DNA of 64,000 nt, taken from positions 319,046-383,045 of the forward strand of contig CANSJQ010000001.1 in assembly GCA_947647275.1 (NCBI GenBank). The letters are read 5' to 3'. The position numbers were made by a program, and so were the translations under genes. The notes under the pieces were generated by a model. That model was not told where the DNA came from, ran no database searches, and was given only the letters and a program-made list of their open reading frames with translations. This DNA comes from an uncultured Clostridiaceae bacterium. GTDB lineage: Bacteria > Bacillota > Clostridia > TANB77 > CAG-508. Positions 1 through 9,493 of this stretch are shown one piece after another (position 1 is the first letter of the stretch; the number at the start of each line of letters is the position of its first letter).

Positions 1-2515
1 ACATAACGCTGGGTATGATGTTGTTGTTACCGAACCTCGGCGCATGGCTGCTTGGTCATTAGCAGAAAGAGTAGCAGAAGAAATGGAAACACCATTAGGT
101 GAAACTGTAGGTTTCAGAACAGCAATGGAGAGAAATGACTCTCAAAATACATCAATACTGTATTGTACAGATGGATTAGAGTTAGTTCGGACACTTACAG
201 ACACCAAGAACAAACCTAAAGTGTTAGTAATAGATGAAGTTCACGAGTGGAACTCAAATATTGAAACACTTATAGGCTGGTCTAAGAAAAAAATCGAAGA
301 AGGCTGGTGCACAAAAGTAGTTATTATGAGTGCAACGTTGGAAAAAGAAAGCTTGGCAGAGTATTTTGAAAAAGATGTATATTCTTTAGAAGTACCAGGA
401 AGATTATTTCCAGTAAGCTTCGAAGAAAGAAGTGAAACACATCTTATTGCATCTATTGCTGAAATGGTCTCAGAAGGAAGAAATACATTAGTATTTGTTC
501 CTGGGAAAAAAGAGATTGCAGAAGTAATTGAAAAACTTTCTTCTAACAATGTAAAAGCAAAAGTGCTTCCATTACATGGAGAGCTTGATTGCGAAGAACA
601 GAAAAAGTGCTTTTATAGTTACTCTCTTCCTAAGGTGGTTGTAGCTACAAATGTGGCGCAAACATCAATAACCATTCCGGACATCGATGCAGTAGTAGAT
701 ACTGGAAAAGAAAGACGCTTAGAAACATATGATGGTATTCAGGGCTTATTCTTAAGAAATACAAGTAAGGCAGACTGCATGCAAAGAAAAGGCCGTGCAG
801 GAAGAACAAAAGAAGGCAAATACATTCTTTGTTCAGATACCTACTTTGAAGACAGAGAAGAGTTCTCTGTACCTGAAATTCAAAGATGTCTTTTAGAACA
901 AACAGTATTGCGCTTAGCAACTATCGGAATTGATGCAGTAGAGTTTCCGTTCTTCCATCAGCCAAAGGTAGAAGAGCTTATAAGAGCAAAAGAAACACTT
1001 ATAGACTTAGGAGCGCTCAAAGAAGACAACACAGTAACTCCAATCGGCTACAAGATGGCTAAAATGCCAGTAGGCGTTCAGTCAGCAAGAATGATTATCG
1101 AAGCTGAGAAATATGGTGTTACAGAAGAAGTTATTAAAATTGCCTCTATTGTAGAAATCGGAACACTGCTTAGCAAAGATGCTTCATATTCAGACTTTAC
1201 TTGTGAAAGAGAAAGTGATCTGTTAGCAGAGCTGGATGTGTGGAATAAACTTCAGAAAATGGGGTTTGTAAAGTTCGAAGAGTTAGGCATTAACAAAAAA
1301 GTTTTCTTCCGAATTAAAGAACACATCAAAAGAATGCATGAAGCATTAAAAGGAGTTGTACAAATAGCATATTGCGAAGACCGTAAGGCAATAAAGATGG
1401 CATGCATGGCTGGAATGATTAACCACGTATACAAAAATACTGGTTATAGCTATGTAAATGGAGATGGAGTTGACAGACAGTTAGACCGCAAAAGTTGCTT
1501 ACACTATAGTAGTACAAGTTTAGTAGTTGGTAAGCCAAGAATTATTGAGTATAAAGACTCGTGGGGCAGGAAAAGAACAATGGACTTGGTTACAATAGCA
1601 ACAAAGGTAAGTGCTGAGGAGTTAAAAGAAATAGCACCTCAATTTATTACAGAAGAGGAAACAGATTGTTATTACTCTTCCTATGAGGACGCTGTTAAAG
1701 TAACAAAGGTAACATATTTTAAAGATATTCGAATTGCAGAAGATACTCAAGCAGTTCCAAATCATCCAGATTATGCAAAATTAAAGGCAGAGTATGAAAG
1801 CAGTAATAGAAGTACTTACTACGAAGATAGAAGGCAAAAAACAATAGAAATTGACGGGAAAGCCTTTAAAGTAGACTATGGTTGGAGAGAAACATCAATA
1901 ACTGTAGATAAGTACACACTGTATCATTCAGATGCTAAAAGAGTAGCATTAGATGATGGAACACAGGTAACGCTTTATTATTATGGAGATTCTTGGCATG
2001 GTCAAACAGGAAACAGTATGACTGACTTAAGAAACAAAGTAGAACGTGCAAGAGTAAAAGCAGCATGGGATAGAGTAAAAAGAAATCTTCCCGAATTAGA
2101 AGCATTCGATATCTCTTCAGTATTAAAATGCATTCCTTACATAGGAAAGCAGGAAATAACAATTGGTAATGGTGGATATGGCGAAACTATTTATGGCTTT
2201 GGATGCATTTCTTTGCAGAAAAACAATTCTCTGAAATTAGAATTAATTGAAGATGAAGAAAAGTCAGCAGAGAAGACAAAAGAAGCTATCGAGTTTCTAT
2301 ATGGAAAACACATTAAAGAAAATTATTCTGAAAAGAAATTCAAGTTTCTGAAAGGTGTAAAAGGCCTATCCAAAAAAGAACAAAGAGTAAAGGAGGAATT
2401 TGACTCCGAAGTACGACAGCTATTAGAAGGATTGGATATCAGCAACATTGAAGAAAGAATTTCCTACTTGGAAGAATTATACAATGTGCTAATTGAAGAT
2501 TTAAAAATAGCGTAA
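1..2515 (+). CDS. DEAH-box (HrpA/HrpB-like) ATP-dependent helicase, 5' partial. The reading frame is open from position 2. A roughly 370-aa C-terminal extension is not recognised.
   Basis: Motifs TEPRRMAA (Ib), VLVIDEVHE (DEAH), IMSATL (III) and QRKGRAGR (VI) in the 44..2515 ORF. The frame continues upstream to the window edge (GYDVVVTEPRR). GC content is visibly higher than in flanking genes. Confidence 0.8.
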   Translation, partial: HNAGYDVVVTEPRRMAAWSLAERVAEEMETPLGETVGFRTAMERNDSQNTSILYCTDGLELVRTLTDTKNKPKVLVIDEVHEWNSNIETLIGWSKKKIEEGWCTKVVIMSATLEKESLAEYFEKDVYSLEVPGRLFPVSFEERSETHLIASIAEMVSEGRNTLVFVPGKKEIAEVIEKLSSNNVKAKVLPLHGELDCEEQKKCFYSYSLPKVVVATNVAQTSITIPDIDAVVDTGKERRLETYDGIQGLFLRNTSKADCMQRKGRAGRTKEGKYILCSDTYFEDREEFSVPEIQRCLLEQTVLRLATIGIDAVEFPFFHQPKVEELIRAKETLIDLGALKEDNTVTPIGYKMAKMPVGVQSARMIIEAEKYGVTEEVIKIASIVEIGTLLSKDASYSDFTCERESDLLAELDVWNKLQKMGFVKFEELGINKKVFFRIKEHIKRMHEALKGVVQIAYCEDRKAIKMACMAGMINHVYKNTGYSYVNGDGVDRQLDRKSCLHYSSTSLVVGKPRIIEYKDSWGRKRTMDLVTIATKVSAEELKEIAPQFITEEETDCYYSSYEDAVKVTKVTYFKDIRIAEDTQAVPNHPDYAKLKAEYESSNRSTYYEDRRQKTIEIDGKAFKVDYGWRETSITVDKYTLYHSDAKRVALDDGTQVTLYYYGDSWHGQTGNSMTDLRNKVERARVKAAWDRVKRNLPELEAFDISSVLKCIPYIGKQEITIGNGGYGETIYGFGCISLQKNNSLKLELIEDEEKSAEKTKEAIEFLYGKHIKENYSEKKFKFLKGVKGLSKKEQRVKEEFDSEVRQLLEGLDISNIEERISYLEELYNVLIEDLKIA

Positions 2516-2530
2516 GTACTAGAAATGCTA

Positions 2531-2565
2531 GAGAGACCGCAGACAAATGTCTGCGGTCTCTTTTA
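2531..2565. terminator. Bidirectional rho-independent terminator between convergent genes
   Basis: Hairpin gagaccgcagac/gtctgcggtctc followed by TTTT. Confidence 0.7.
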
Positions 2566-2570
2566 GAATA

Positions 2571-3257
2571 TTATACAACATACAATAGAATACAAAGAAA
2601 ATGCAATAAATTTCCTAAAAATATAAATATATGGAAAACAGAATGAATATATTTATGCTTTTTCCCAATTCCATATAATACAGCTCCAATAGTATAAATA
2701 ATACCACCAAGAAGTAAAAGTACAAATCCAGAAATAGTTAATAAACTAGGTAATATATTAATTTTAACAATAATACACCATCCCATTAAAAGGTAACAAA
2801 CCATAGAAAGCACCTTATATTTTTTAATATCAATAGAATTAAAAATAATACCTAAAATAGCAGCAAGCCAAATAATAGCAAGAATAGAATAACCAGTTAT
2901 AGGGTTATATTCTCTTAATGTGCATAAACAAAAAGGAGTATATGAACCAGCTATTAAAATAAAAATAGAACAATGGTCTAAAATTTGAAAAACTTTTTTA
3001 GCCTTAAGTTTAGGACTAAGCCCATGATATATACTAGACATTGAGTAAAGTAAAATCATAGAAAAACCAAAAATAATACCACTAACAATGCCATAAACAT
3101 TATTGTGAATACCCGCAAAAATAGGTACCAATATAAGGGCAATAGCACCTAAAGCACCACCCACAATATGAGTAACCATATTAAAAATTTCCTCACCTTT
3201 TGTATAAGAAGGTAAAACTCTATCATTCAATTTCGTTCTTTCCAAATAAATCAACAC
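2571..3257 (-). CDS. Hemolysin III family (PAQR/YqfA-like) channel protein
   Basis: 228-aa seven-TM protein with the typical HlyIII signature (HxxGG, SSIYH). Confidence 0.8.
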   Translation of the reverse strand: MLIYLERTKLNDRVLPSYTKGEEIFNMVTHIVGGALGAIALILVPIFAGIHNNVYGIVSGIIFGFSMILLYSMSSIYHGLSPKLKAKKVFQILDHCSIFILIAGSYTPFCLCTLREYNPITGYSILAIIWLAAILGIIFNSIDIKKYKVLSMVCYLLMGWCIIVKINILPSLLTISGFVLLLLGGIIYTIGAVLYGIGKKHKYIHSVFHIFIFLGNLLHFLCILLYVV

Positions 3258-3420
3258 CTTTATATAATCTTGATATGGAGAATATCATATTAAGTAGTAA
3301 GTGTCAAATAAGTGACCGAGTGTTCAACAAAGTATTTTTACATAAAGTTGACTTTAAAAGAAAAATATAATATAATTAAATTACATAAAACTTGTTTTTA
3401 AGAAAGAGAGAGGTAATAAT

Positions 3421-3987
3421 ATGCGTATTCTCGAAATAGAAGCAATAAAAGACACTATTTGTCGGTCAGAAGATTTGTTGCAAGGAAACAATCCAATAGT
3501 GCTTGATGCAGAAACTGTGAAAACAACAAACTGTTATGCATATTCATTAGGAATTATGTACAATGGAATGAAAGGAAGGTACTTTATTCCAGGATTTACA
3601 GAATGCTTACCATACTATGGAGAGAGCACTGAAGAACTTATGGGAAAAGTCGTCATAGACCTGCAAAATTTAGGAATTTCATTTAGGATGTTAGAACTAG
3701 AAGAAGAAAAAAATTTACAAGAGAATGAATATCTTGTAAAAGTATTCTATACTCCTCCTAATAAGGAATTACCAACAGGCGATTTCCATTTTATTCGGCA
3801 AGACAGAGATACAGGAATATGGTTTCATAAAATGGGATGGTATAGACAACCAGATATTGTACAATCTGACCCAGGGTATGAAGGACCAATTCCTGGTAGT
3901 GAACCTTCAAACATCACATCGAATGGCAAAGATGGATTTTCTTATGTATATGATTCTGTTGCATACCTTGCTATTAAAGAAAATTAG
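3421..3987 (+). CDS. Hypothetical protein
   Basis: ORF with an upstream RBS (agagaggtaataat ATG) and a downstream hairpin terminator at 4009..4037. Confidence 0.5.
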   Translation: MRILEIEAIKDTICRSEDLLQGNNPIVLDAETVKTTNCYAYSLGIMYNGMKGRYFIPGFTECLPYYGESTEELMGKVVIDLQNLGISFRMLELEEEKNLQENEYLVKVFYTPPNKELPTGDFHFIRQDRDTGIWFHKMGWYRQPDIVQSDPGYEGPIPGSEPSNITSNGKDGFSYVYDSVAYLAIKEN

Positions 3988-4301
3988 TAAGAAATTGTAA
4001 AATCAAGAACCTACAAAGTTACAACTCTGTAGGTTTTTGACTTTACAATTTCTTACTAATTAAACATTTTGAATTATGTTTTTTTCAATCAAAATATTCA
4101 ACTTTGTGCAAGAGTATATGTAAGAATTTCTATTCGTGAAAGAAGAATTTTATAAAAAATAAGCTTTTAAGCTAGAAAATAAGAGGAATTAGGAGAAAAA
4201 ATGATTTTTTTTAATAAATAACACAAAAAAGTCACAAAACGTTAATATATGTTTAACAAATCTAATATATAATCCATATAACCTAAGTAAGGAGGAATAA
4301 A

Positions 4302-4988
4302 ATGGAAAGTATATTAACGACAGAAAATGAAATACAAAAAAATAATGAACTAATAAAAATAGAAAAAGAATATAACGAATTTGAAATAATTATGCTAATT
4401 TACCAAAAAGCATTAAATAACATAGTAGAAAAATTTACAAATTTAAGGAGACTATTAAATGAACATTATAATTATGAAGTAATAACCAATATAACATCAA
4501 GAATAAAAAGCCCAGAAAGTATAGCTGGAAAGATGAAAAAGAAAAAAATAGAAGTAAATTATGAAAATATGATTCAAAACATTAATGATATTGCTGGAGT
4601 AAGAATAGTTTGCAATTATAAAGAAGATATTTATAAAATAAGAAATATTATAAAAAATCAAAAAGACATAAAAATATTAAAAGAAAAAGACTATATAAAA
4701 AAGGCAAAAAAGAGTGGTTATTCAGCTTACCACATAATAATAGAAGTACCAATTAAAATAAAAGAAGAAATAATACATATAAAAGTAGAAATACAAATAA
4801 GGACAGTACTAATGGATTTTTGGGCAACCACAGAGCATAAGGTAAAATACAAACCTAAAAAGAAAATATCTAATATAGATAACTTTAAACTATACATTTA
4901 TGCGAAAATAATAAACATGATAAATGATAAAATGTCAAAAATATATAAAAAGCAAATTACAAATATTAAAGATATAGCAATAATTTAG
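4302..4988 (+). CDS. Small alarmone synthetase (RelA/SpoT synthetase domain, RelQ/YwaC-like GTP pyrophosphokinase)
   Basis: DIAGVRIVC, GYSAYHIIIEV and EIQIRTVLMDFWATTEHK motifs of the RelA/SpoT nucleotidyltransferase fold. Strong RBS aaggagg. Codon usage is extremely AT-rich. Confidence 0.85.
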   Translation: MESILTTENEIQKNNELIKIEKEYNEFEIIMLIYQKALNNIVEKFTNLRRLLNEHYNYEVITNITSRIKSPESIAGKMKKKKIEVNYENMIQNINDIAGVRIVCNYKEDIYKIRNIIKNQKDIKILKEKDYIKKAKKSGYSAYHIIIEVPIKIKEEIIHIKVEIQIRTVLMDFWATTEHKVKYKPKKKISNIDNFKLYIYAKIINMINDKMSKIYKKQITNIKDIAII

Positions 4989-5250
4989 TAAATAAAAAGC
5001 AAACAAGTAAATACTAAATATCATAAAAATGATAGTAATAGTAACATTTAACTGTACAGAAGAATTAAGAGAAGAGTGGGAAAATATAGGAACTTTATAA
5101 CAAATTCACTATTAAAAAAAATGCTATGTAGTAGTTAAAAAATATTGCAAAAAAAAGTGAAATTATGTAAAATTGTTGAGAATCTAGAGAAAATATGGTA
5201 TAATAAGCTTATCTTGTTAACTAATATTATTGAAAACGGAGGAAACAGCA

Positions 5251-6030
5251 ATGAAAAAGAAAATAATTTTATTTTTATCTGTCCTTTTAATAGCCATGTT
5301 TTTAACAGGCTGTGTATCAGTATCAATTACTACAAATCCTGAAAATTCAGAGGATAATGTAATAGTAATTGATAATCCATTTGCAAATATAATAGGTAAA
5401 AAAGAACTTAAGGAATATGATGAAAGAAAAACTGAAATAGCTGAAGATGTGGAAAATATAATAGTAGATTCAACAATAGCAGATGTTAATATTTCAGTTT
5501 CAGATTCTTCAAACATTGAAGTACATTTCTATGGAGAAGCAAAACTTGATAATGATCTTAATCTTGATATCGAGCATAAAAAAGATGATGTTATAATTAA
5601 ATTAAAGTATAATGGTACATCTGTAAATGAAAATTTGAAACTTGATATAAGCATACCAAATAACCAATATAATTTAATTAAGGTAGAAAGTGCCTCAGCC
5701 AATATTAGTTTAAGTGAATGTATTTCGGCAAAGAGAATTGAGTTAAATACATCATCAGGAGATGTAATAACTGATGCAACATTTGTTGAAACTAATATTT
5801 CCACAATGAGTGGAGATGTTGAACTTTACATTAATTCCAATGAAGATATTTCAATGGATATTTCTACAATGAGTGGTGATATATCAATACAAGTAGATAA
5901 TATTGATAGTATTGATTTTTCAACTTCAACAATGACTGGAGATATTAGAAATAAGCATGAAGGAAGCTTGGGAGGATATAATGCAAAAGGAGAACTTTCA
6001 ACGATGAGTGGAGACATAATAGTAAAATAA
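5251..6030 (+). CDS. Lipoprotein with repeated STMSGD(I/V) beta-solenoid-like repeats (DUF4097/putative adhesin-like)
   Basis: Signal peptide with lipobox LTGC. RBS ggagg 7 nt upstream of ATG 5251. Internal STMSGD repeats. A hairpin terminator follows at 6038..6080. Confidence 0.7.
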   Translation: MKKKIILFLSVLLIAMFLTGCVSVSITTNPENSEDNVIVIDNPFANIIGKKELKEYDERKTEIAEDVENIIVDSTIADVNISVSDSSNIEVHFYGEAKLDNDLNLDIEHKKDDVIIKLKYNGTSVNENLKLDISIPNNQYNLIKVESASANISLSECISAKRIELNTSSGDVITDATFVETNISTMSGDVELYINSNEDISMDISTMSGDISIQVDNIDSIDFSTSTMTGDIRNKHEGSLGGYNAKGELSTMSGDIIVK

Positions 6031-6179
6031 GTATTAAAAAACAATCTGTGCTATTTAAAAATAGCACAGATTGTTTTTTGATTCTTACTATAAAATTAAT
6101 GATATAAATTATTAAGGAATAAAATCCCATTGAAAACTAAAAAGAAAAATGTTAACATAAATTTAAGGAGGGCGGTATT

Positions 6180-7418
6180 TTGAGAATATTAAAAAAGTAT
6201 GGCAATAATTTACTAATTAAAGAACTAAAAGGAAGTTACAAATTCTTTATTAAAGAATGTAACTTAAATGAAAATAGTAAAGGTTATGGATTAATTAGAG
6301 ATAAGGACATGTATGCAAATAATATTGCAAGCATTGCATCTGTTGGCTATGGTTTGGCTGCATTGGTAATAGGGGTAGAGCGAAAGTGGATTAGTTATAA
6401 AAAAGCATATAAAAGAGCAAATAAAACTTTAGATACATTTTTAAATAATGTAGAAGGAGAAAATGGCTTTTATTATCATTTTGTAAATATGAATACAGCA
6501 AAGAGAGAATGGAATTGTGAAATATCAATAATAGATACTGCAATTTTCATATGTGGAGCAATATGCATAGGAGAATTCTTTAAAGGAGAAATTAAACAAA
6601 AAGCAGAAGAATTATATAAAAGAATTAATTGGGAATGGTATAGAAATAAAGAAACTAATTATTTTTATATGGGCTATAAACCAGAAAAAGGCTTTTGGGG
6701 ACATTGGGATATGTATGCAGAACAATTAATGTTATATGTACTTGGAGCTGGTTCACCAACATTTCCTATAAACAAAACAATGTATGATGATATAAGAAAA
6801 GAAAAAGGAAATTATGAAGGTATAGAAGATATAATTTATACATATTGCGGAACATTATTTACATATCAATTTTCACACGCATGGATAGATTTTAGAAATA
6901 AAGTAGATGAACAAGGAATTAACTGGTTTGAGAACTCTATAAAAGCTACTATTGCAAATAGAGAATATTGCATAAAAAACAGTAAAAAATTTAAAACCTT
7001 TGGAGAAAATTCATGGGGATTAACAGCATGTGTTGGACCCAAAGGCTATTCAGGAGGATATGGGGCAAAGCCAAGTTTAGCTGAGTTAGATAAAGAAAAT
7101 GATGGGACTATAACTCCTTGTGGGTCAGCAGGGTCAATAGTTTTTACACCAGAATTAAGTATAAAAGCATTAGAAAATTTTTATAATAATTATCCAAAAT
7201 TATGGTGTAAATATGGTTTCAAAGATGCATATAATTTAGAAAACGAAGAGTGGTATTCAAAAGAAGTAATAGGAATAGATAAAGGAATATCAATGATAAT
7301 GATAGAAAACTATTGGTCAGGAACAATATGGAAGTACTTTATGAAAAATAAGTATATACAAGAAGGTTTAAATATTTTAGGAATAAGAAATTGCAAAGAA
7401 CAATGTCAAAATATATAA
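6180..7418 (+). CDS. Glucoamylase-like/six-hairpin glycosidase-like protein (DUF3131/GH144-like), TTG start
   Basis: 412-aa ORF, RBS aaggaggg then TTG. Aromatic-rich motifs WEWYRNKETNYFYMGY and FSHAWIDF typical of (alpha/alpha)6 glycosidase-like proteins. Confidence 0.5.
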   Translation: MRILKKYGNNLLIKELKGSYKFFIKECNLNENSKGYGLIRDKDMYANNIASIASVGYGLAALVIGVERKWISYKKAYKRANKTLDTFLNNVEGENGFYYHFVNMNTAKREWNCEISIIDTAIFICGAICIGEFFKGEIKQKAEELYKRINWEWYRNKETNYFYMGYKPEKGFWGHWDMYAEQLMLYVLGAGSPTFPINKTMYDDIRKEKGNYEGIEDIIYTYCGTLFTYQFSHAWIDFRNKVDEQGINWFENSIKATIANREYCIKNSKKFKTFGENSWGLTACVGPKGYSGGYGAKPSLAELDKENDGTITPCGSAGSIVFTPELSIKALENFYNNYPKLWCKYGFKDAYNLENEEWYSKEVIGIDKGISMIMIENYWSGTIWKYFMKNKYIQEGLNILGIRNCKEQCQNI

Positions 7419-7547
7419 TATTTATTATAATAAATATTAAAGAATAAAATAGTTAATTAAAAGCAAATAGTTAGCCTTGCTAATTGTTTGCTTTTATGCT
7501 AATATAAAGAAAATATGAGTATATAAATAGAAGGGAATATAAAACAC

Positions 7548-8144
7548 ATGAAAAATAAAAAAATAACAAGAAAAATAACACAAGGAATGTATGTATTAAC
7601 AACCAAAGAAGGAGGTTGTATAGTAGATGCAGTATCACAAGTAAGCACAGGAGAAGAGCCACTAATAGCAGTAGCTGTAATGAAAAGCAATTATACTAAC
7701 GAATTATTGAAGAAAAATAATAAATTTGCAATATCAATATTAAGTAAAGAGGTAAATTCAGAAATAATAAAAACTTTCGGTTTCAATACTGGAAGAAAAA
7801 TAAACAAATTTGAAAATGTAGAAACAACAAAAGTAGAAAATATAGATGTAATAAATGATTCATTAGGATATATGGTATGTGAAAAAGTTGACTCTATAGA
7901 AAATGATACACATACACTATTTATAGGAAAAGTAATAGAAGCAGATGTATTTGAAGAAAAAGAACCAATGAGTTATGCATATTATCAAGAACATAAAGAA
8001 GAACTATTAAAAGTTACTACTGAAAAAGGAAAAACAGCATGGATATGTTCTGTATGTGGATATATATATTATGGAGAAGAACTACCAGAAGACTTTCAAT
8101 GTCCTATATGTAAGGTAGGAAAAGAATATTTTAAAAAGCAATAA
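7548..8144 (+). CDS. Flavin reductase-like domain fused to a C-terminal rubredoxin (high-molecular-weight rubredoxin type)
   Basis: N-terminal flavin reductase-like fold. C-terminal WICSVCGYIY...CPICKV, the two CxxC pairs of a rubredoxin. Confidence 0.8.
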   Translation: MKNKKITRKITQGMYVLTTKEGGCIVDAVSQVSTGEEPLIAVAVMKSNYTNELLKKNNKFAISILSKEVNSEIIKTFGFNTGRKINKFENVETTKVENIDVINDSLGYMVCEKVDSIENDTHTLFIGKVIEADVFEEKEPMSYAYYQEHKEELLKVTTEKGKTAWICSVCGYIYYGEELPEDFQCPICKVGKEYFKKQ

Positions 8145-8183
8145 TCACCCCTAAATAGAAAAATTAAGGAAGAGGTAATATAT

Positions 8184-8342
8184 ATGGAAGAAAAATTTCA
8201 GGAATATTTAGCAAAATTAACATGTAGAGGTTGCTATAATCATTGCCCATTAAATGCACCTAATTGTGGTAGAAGTAAAATTTTTATAAAAGAAGCACAA
8301 GAAAAATTTGATAAAGAATTTACAAACAAAGAAAAAAGATAA
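8184..8342 (+). CDS. Small (52 aa) Cys-rich protein with C-x2-C-x3-C-x6-C, possible metal-binding partner of the adjacent rubredoxin fusion
   Basis: ATG with RBS aggaagaggtaa. Sequence MEEKFQEYLAKLTCRGCYNHCPLNAPNCGRSK.... Below the 60-aa cutoff of the ORF track. Confidence 0.4.
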   Translation: MEEKFQEYLAKLTCRGCYNHCPLNAPNCGRSKIFIKEAQEKFDKEFTNKEKR

Positions 8343-8356
8343 AAGGAGAAAGTTAA

Positions 8357-8551
8357 ATGAAAAAAAGATTATACAAAATAGAACAAGGGAAAAAACTAGA
8401 TGGAGTATGTGGAGGAATAGCAGAATATTTTGACATTGACCCAACATTAGTTAGGTTAGGATGGATATTATTTACAGCATGTGCAGGAAGCGGAATAATA
8501 GCATATATAATAGCTGCAATTGTAATGCCAAAAAAATCAGATGTAATATAA
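8357..8551 (+). CDS. PspC-domain membrane protein
   Basis: DGVCGGIAEYFDIDPTLVRLGWIL signature of the PspC domain followed by a TM helix. Confidence 0.75.
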   Translation: MKKRLYKIEQGKKLDGVCGGIAEYFDIDPTLVRLGWILFTACAGSGIIAYIIAAIVMPKKSDVI

Positions 8552-8605
8552 AATATGTATTTATATGTGATAATATGGAAGAATATAATATGTAAGGGGA
8601 ATTAA

Positions 8606-9445
8606 ATGAAAGAATTCGTGAAAAGAAATTATAAAAATATAAACAAATTACTTACTCAAATGAGTGAAGACCATGTTAGCGAATATTCTGCACAATGTGC
8701 ATATTATACAATATTATCATTTATACCATTTGCAATAATACTAATAACCTTAATACAATATACTAGTATAACCCAGCAAAATTTATTTGAAGCTATTTCA
8801 AAAGTAATACCAAATAGTATGAATGAGCTAGTTTTAGGAATAGTACAGGAAGTATACTCAAAATCTATAGGAACAATTTCAATATCAATTATATTTATAT
8901 TATGGTCAGCGGGAAGGGGTCTATATGCACTAACAAAAGGAATACGAGAAATATATAAAATAGAAGGGGAAAAAAAAGAAAATTATTTTATATTAAGACT
9001 TAAAGCAATATTACAAACAATAATATTTATTATATTAATAACAGCTGGACTTGCATTACTAGTATTTGGAAATAGTTTTGTATCAATAATTCAAGAAAAC
9101 TTTGGTGCATTTTTAGAATTTACAGGAGTATCTGCTATTGTTACAGAAATAGGATTTATATTTATAACTTTTATAATATTTTTAATTATATATAAATTTA
9201 TGCCAAAACACAAAGTAACATTTAAAAGCCAAATATATGGTGCAATATTCGGAGCAATAGTACTTAATGTTATTTCATTTATATTTTCAATTTATTTAGA
9301 TGTATTTAAAGGTTTTTCAATAACATATGGAAGTTTAACAACACTTATACTTGTAATGATGTGGACATATGCATGTTTTTATACAGTGTTTTTAGGGGCG
9401 GAACTAAACAAGCAATTAGCTTATAGAAGAAAATTAAAATATTAA
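8606..9445 (+). CDS. YihY/BrkB family membrane protein
   Basis: 279-aa polytopic membrane protein with YihY-family pattern. Confidence 0.75.
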   Translation: MKEFVKRNYKNINKLLTQMSEDHVSEYSAQCAYYTILSFIPFAIILITLIQYTSITQQNLFEAISKVIPNSMNELVLGIVQEVYSKSIGTISISIIFILWSAGRGLYALTKGIREIYKIEGEKKENYFILRLKAILQTIIFIILITAGLALLVFGNSFVSIIQENFGAFLEFTGVSAIVTEIGFIFITFIIFLIIYKFMPKHKVTFKSQIYGAIFGAIVLNVISFIFSIYLDVFKGFSITYGSLTTLILVMMWTYACFYTVFLGAELNKQLAYRRKLKY

Positions 9446-9493
9446 CTCATATTGTGTCATAATATGCGTATTTAACATATTATGTAATGTGAG

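Noticed and set aside
3421-4988. Toxin-antitoxin (toxSAS plus antitoxin) interpretation of the RelA/SpoT-domain gene and its upstream neighbour
   Set aside because: The genes are separated by about 300 bp with an intervening terminator. The SAS has the typical RelQ/YwaC length and motifs.
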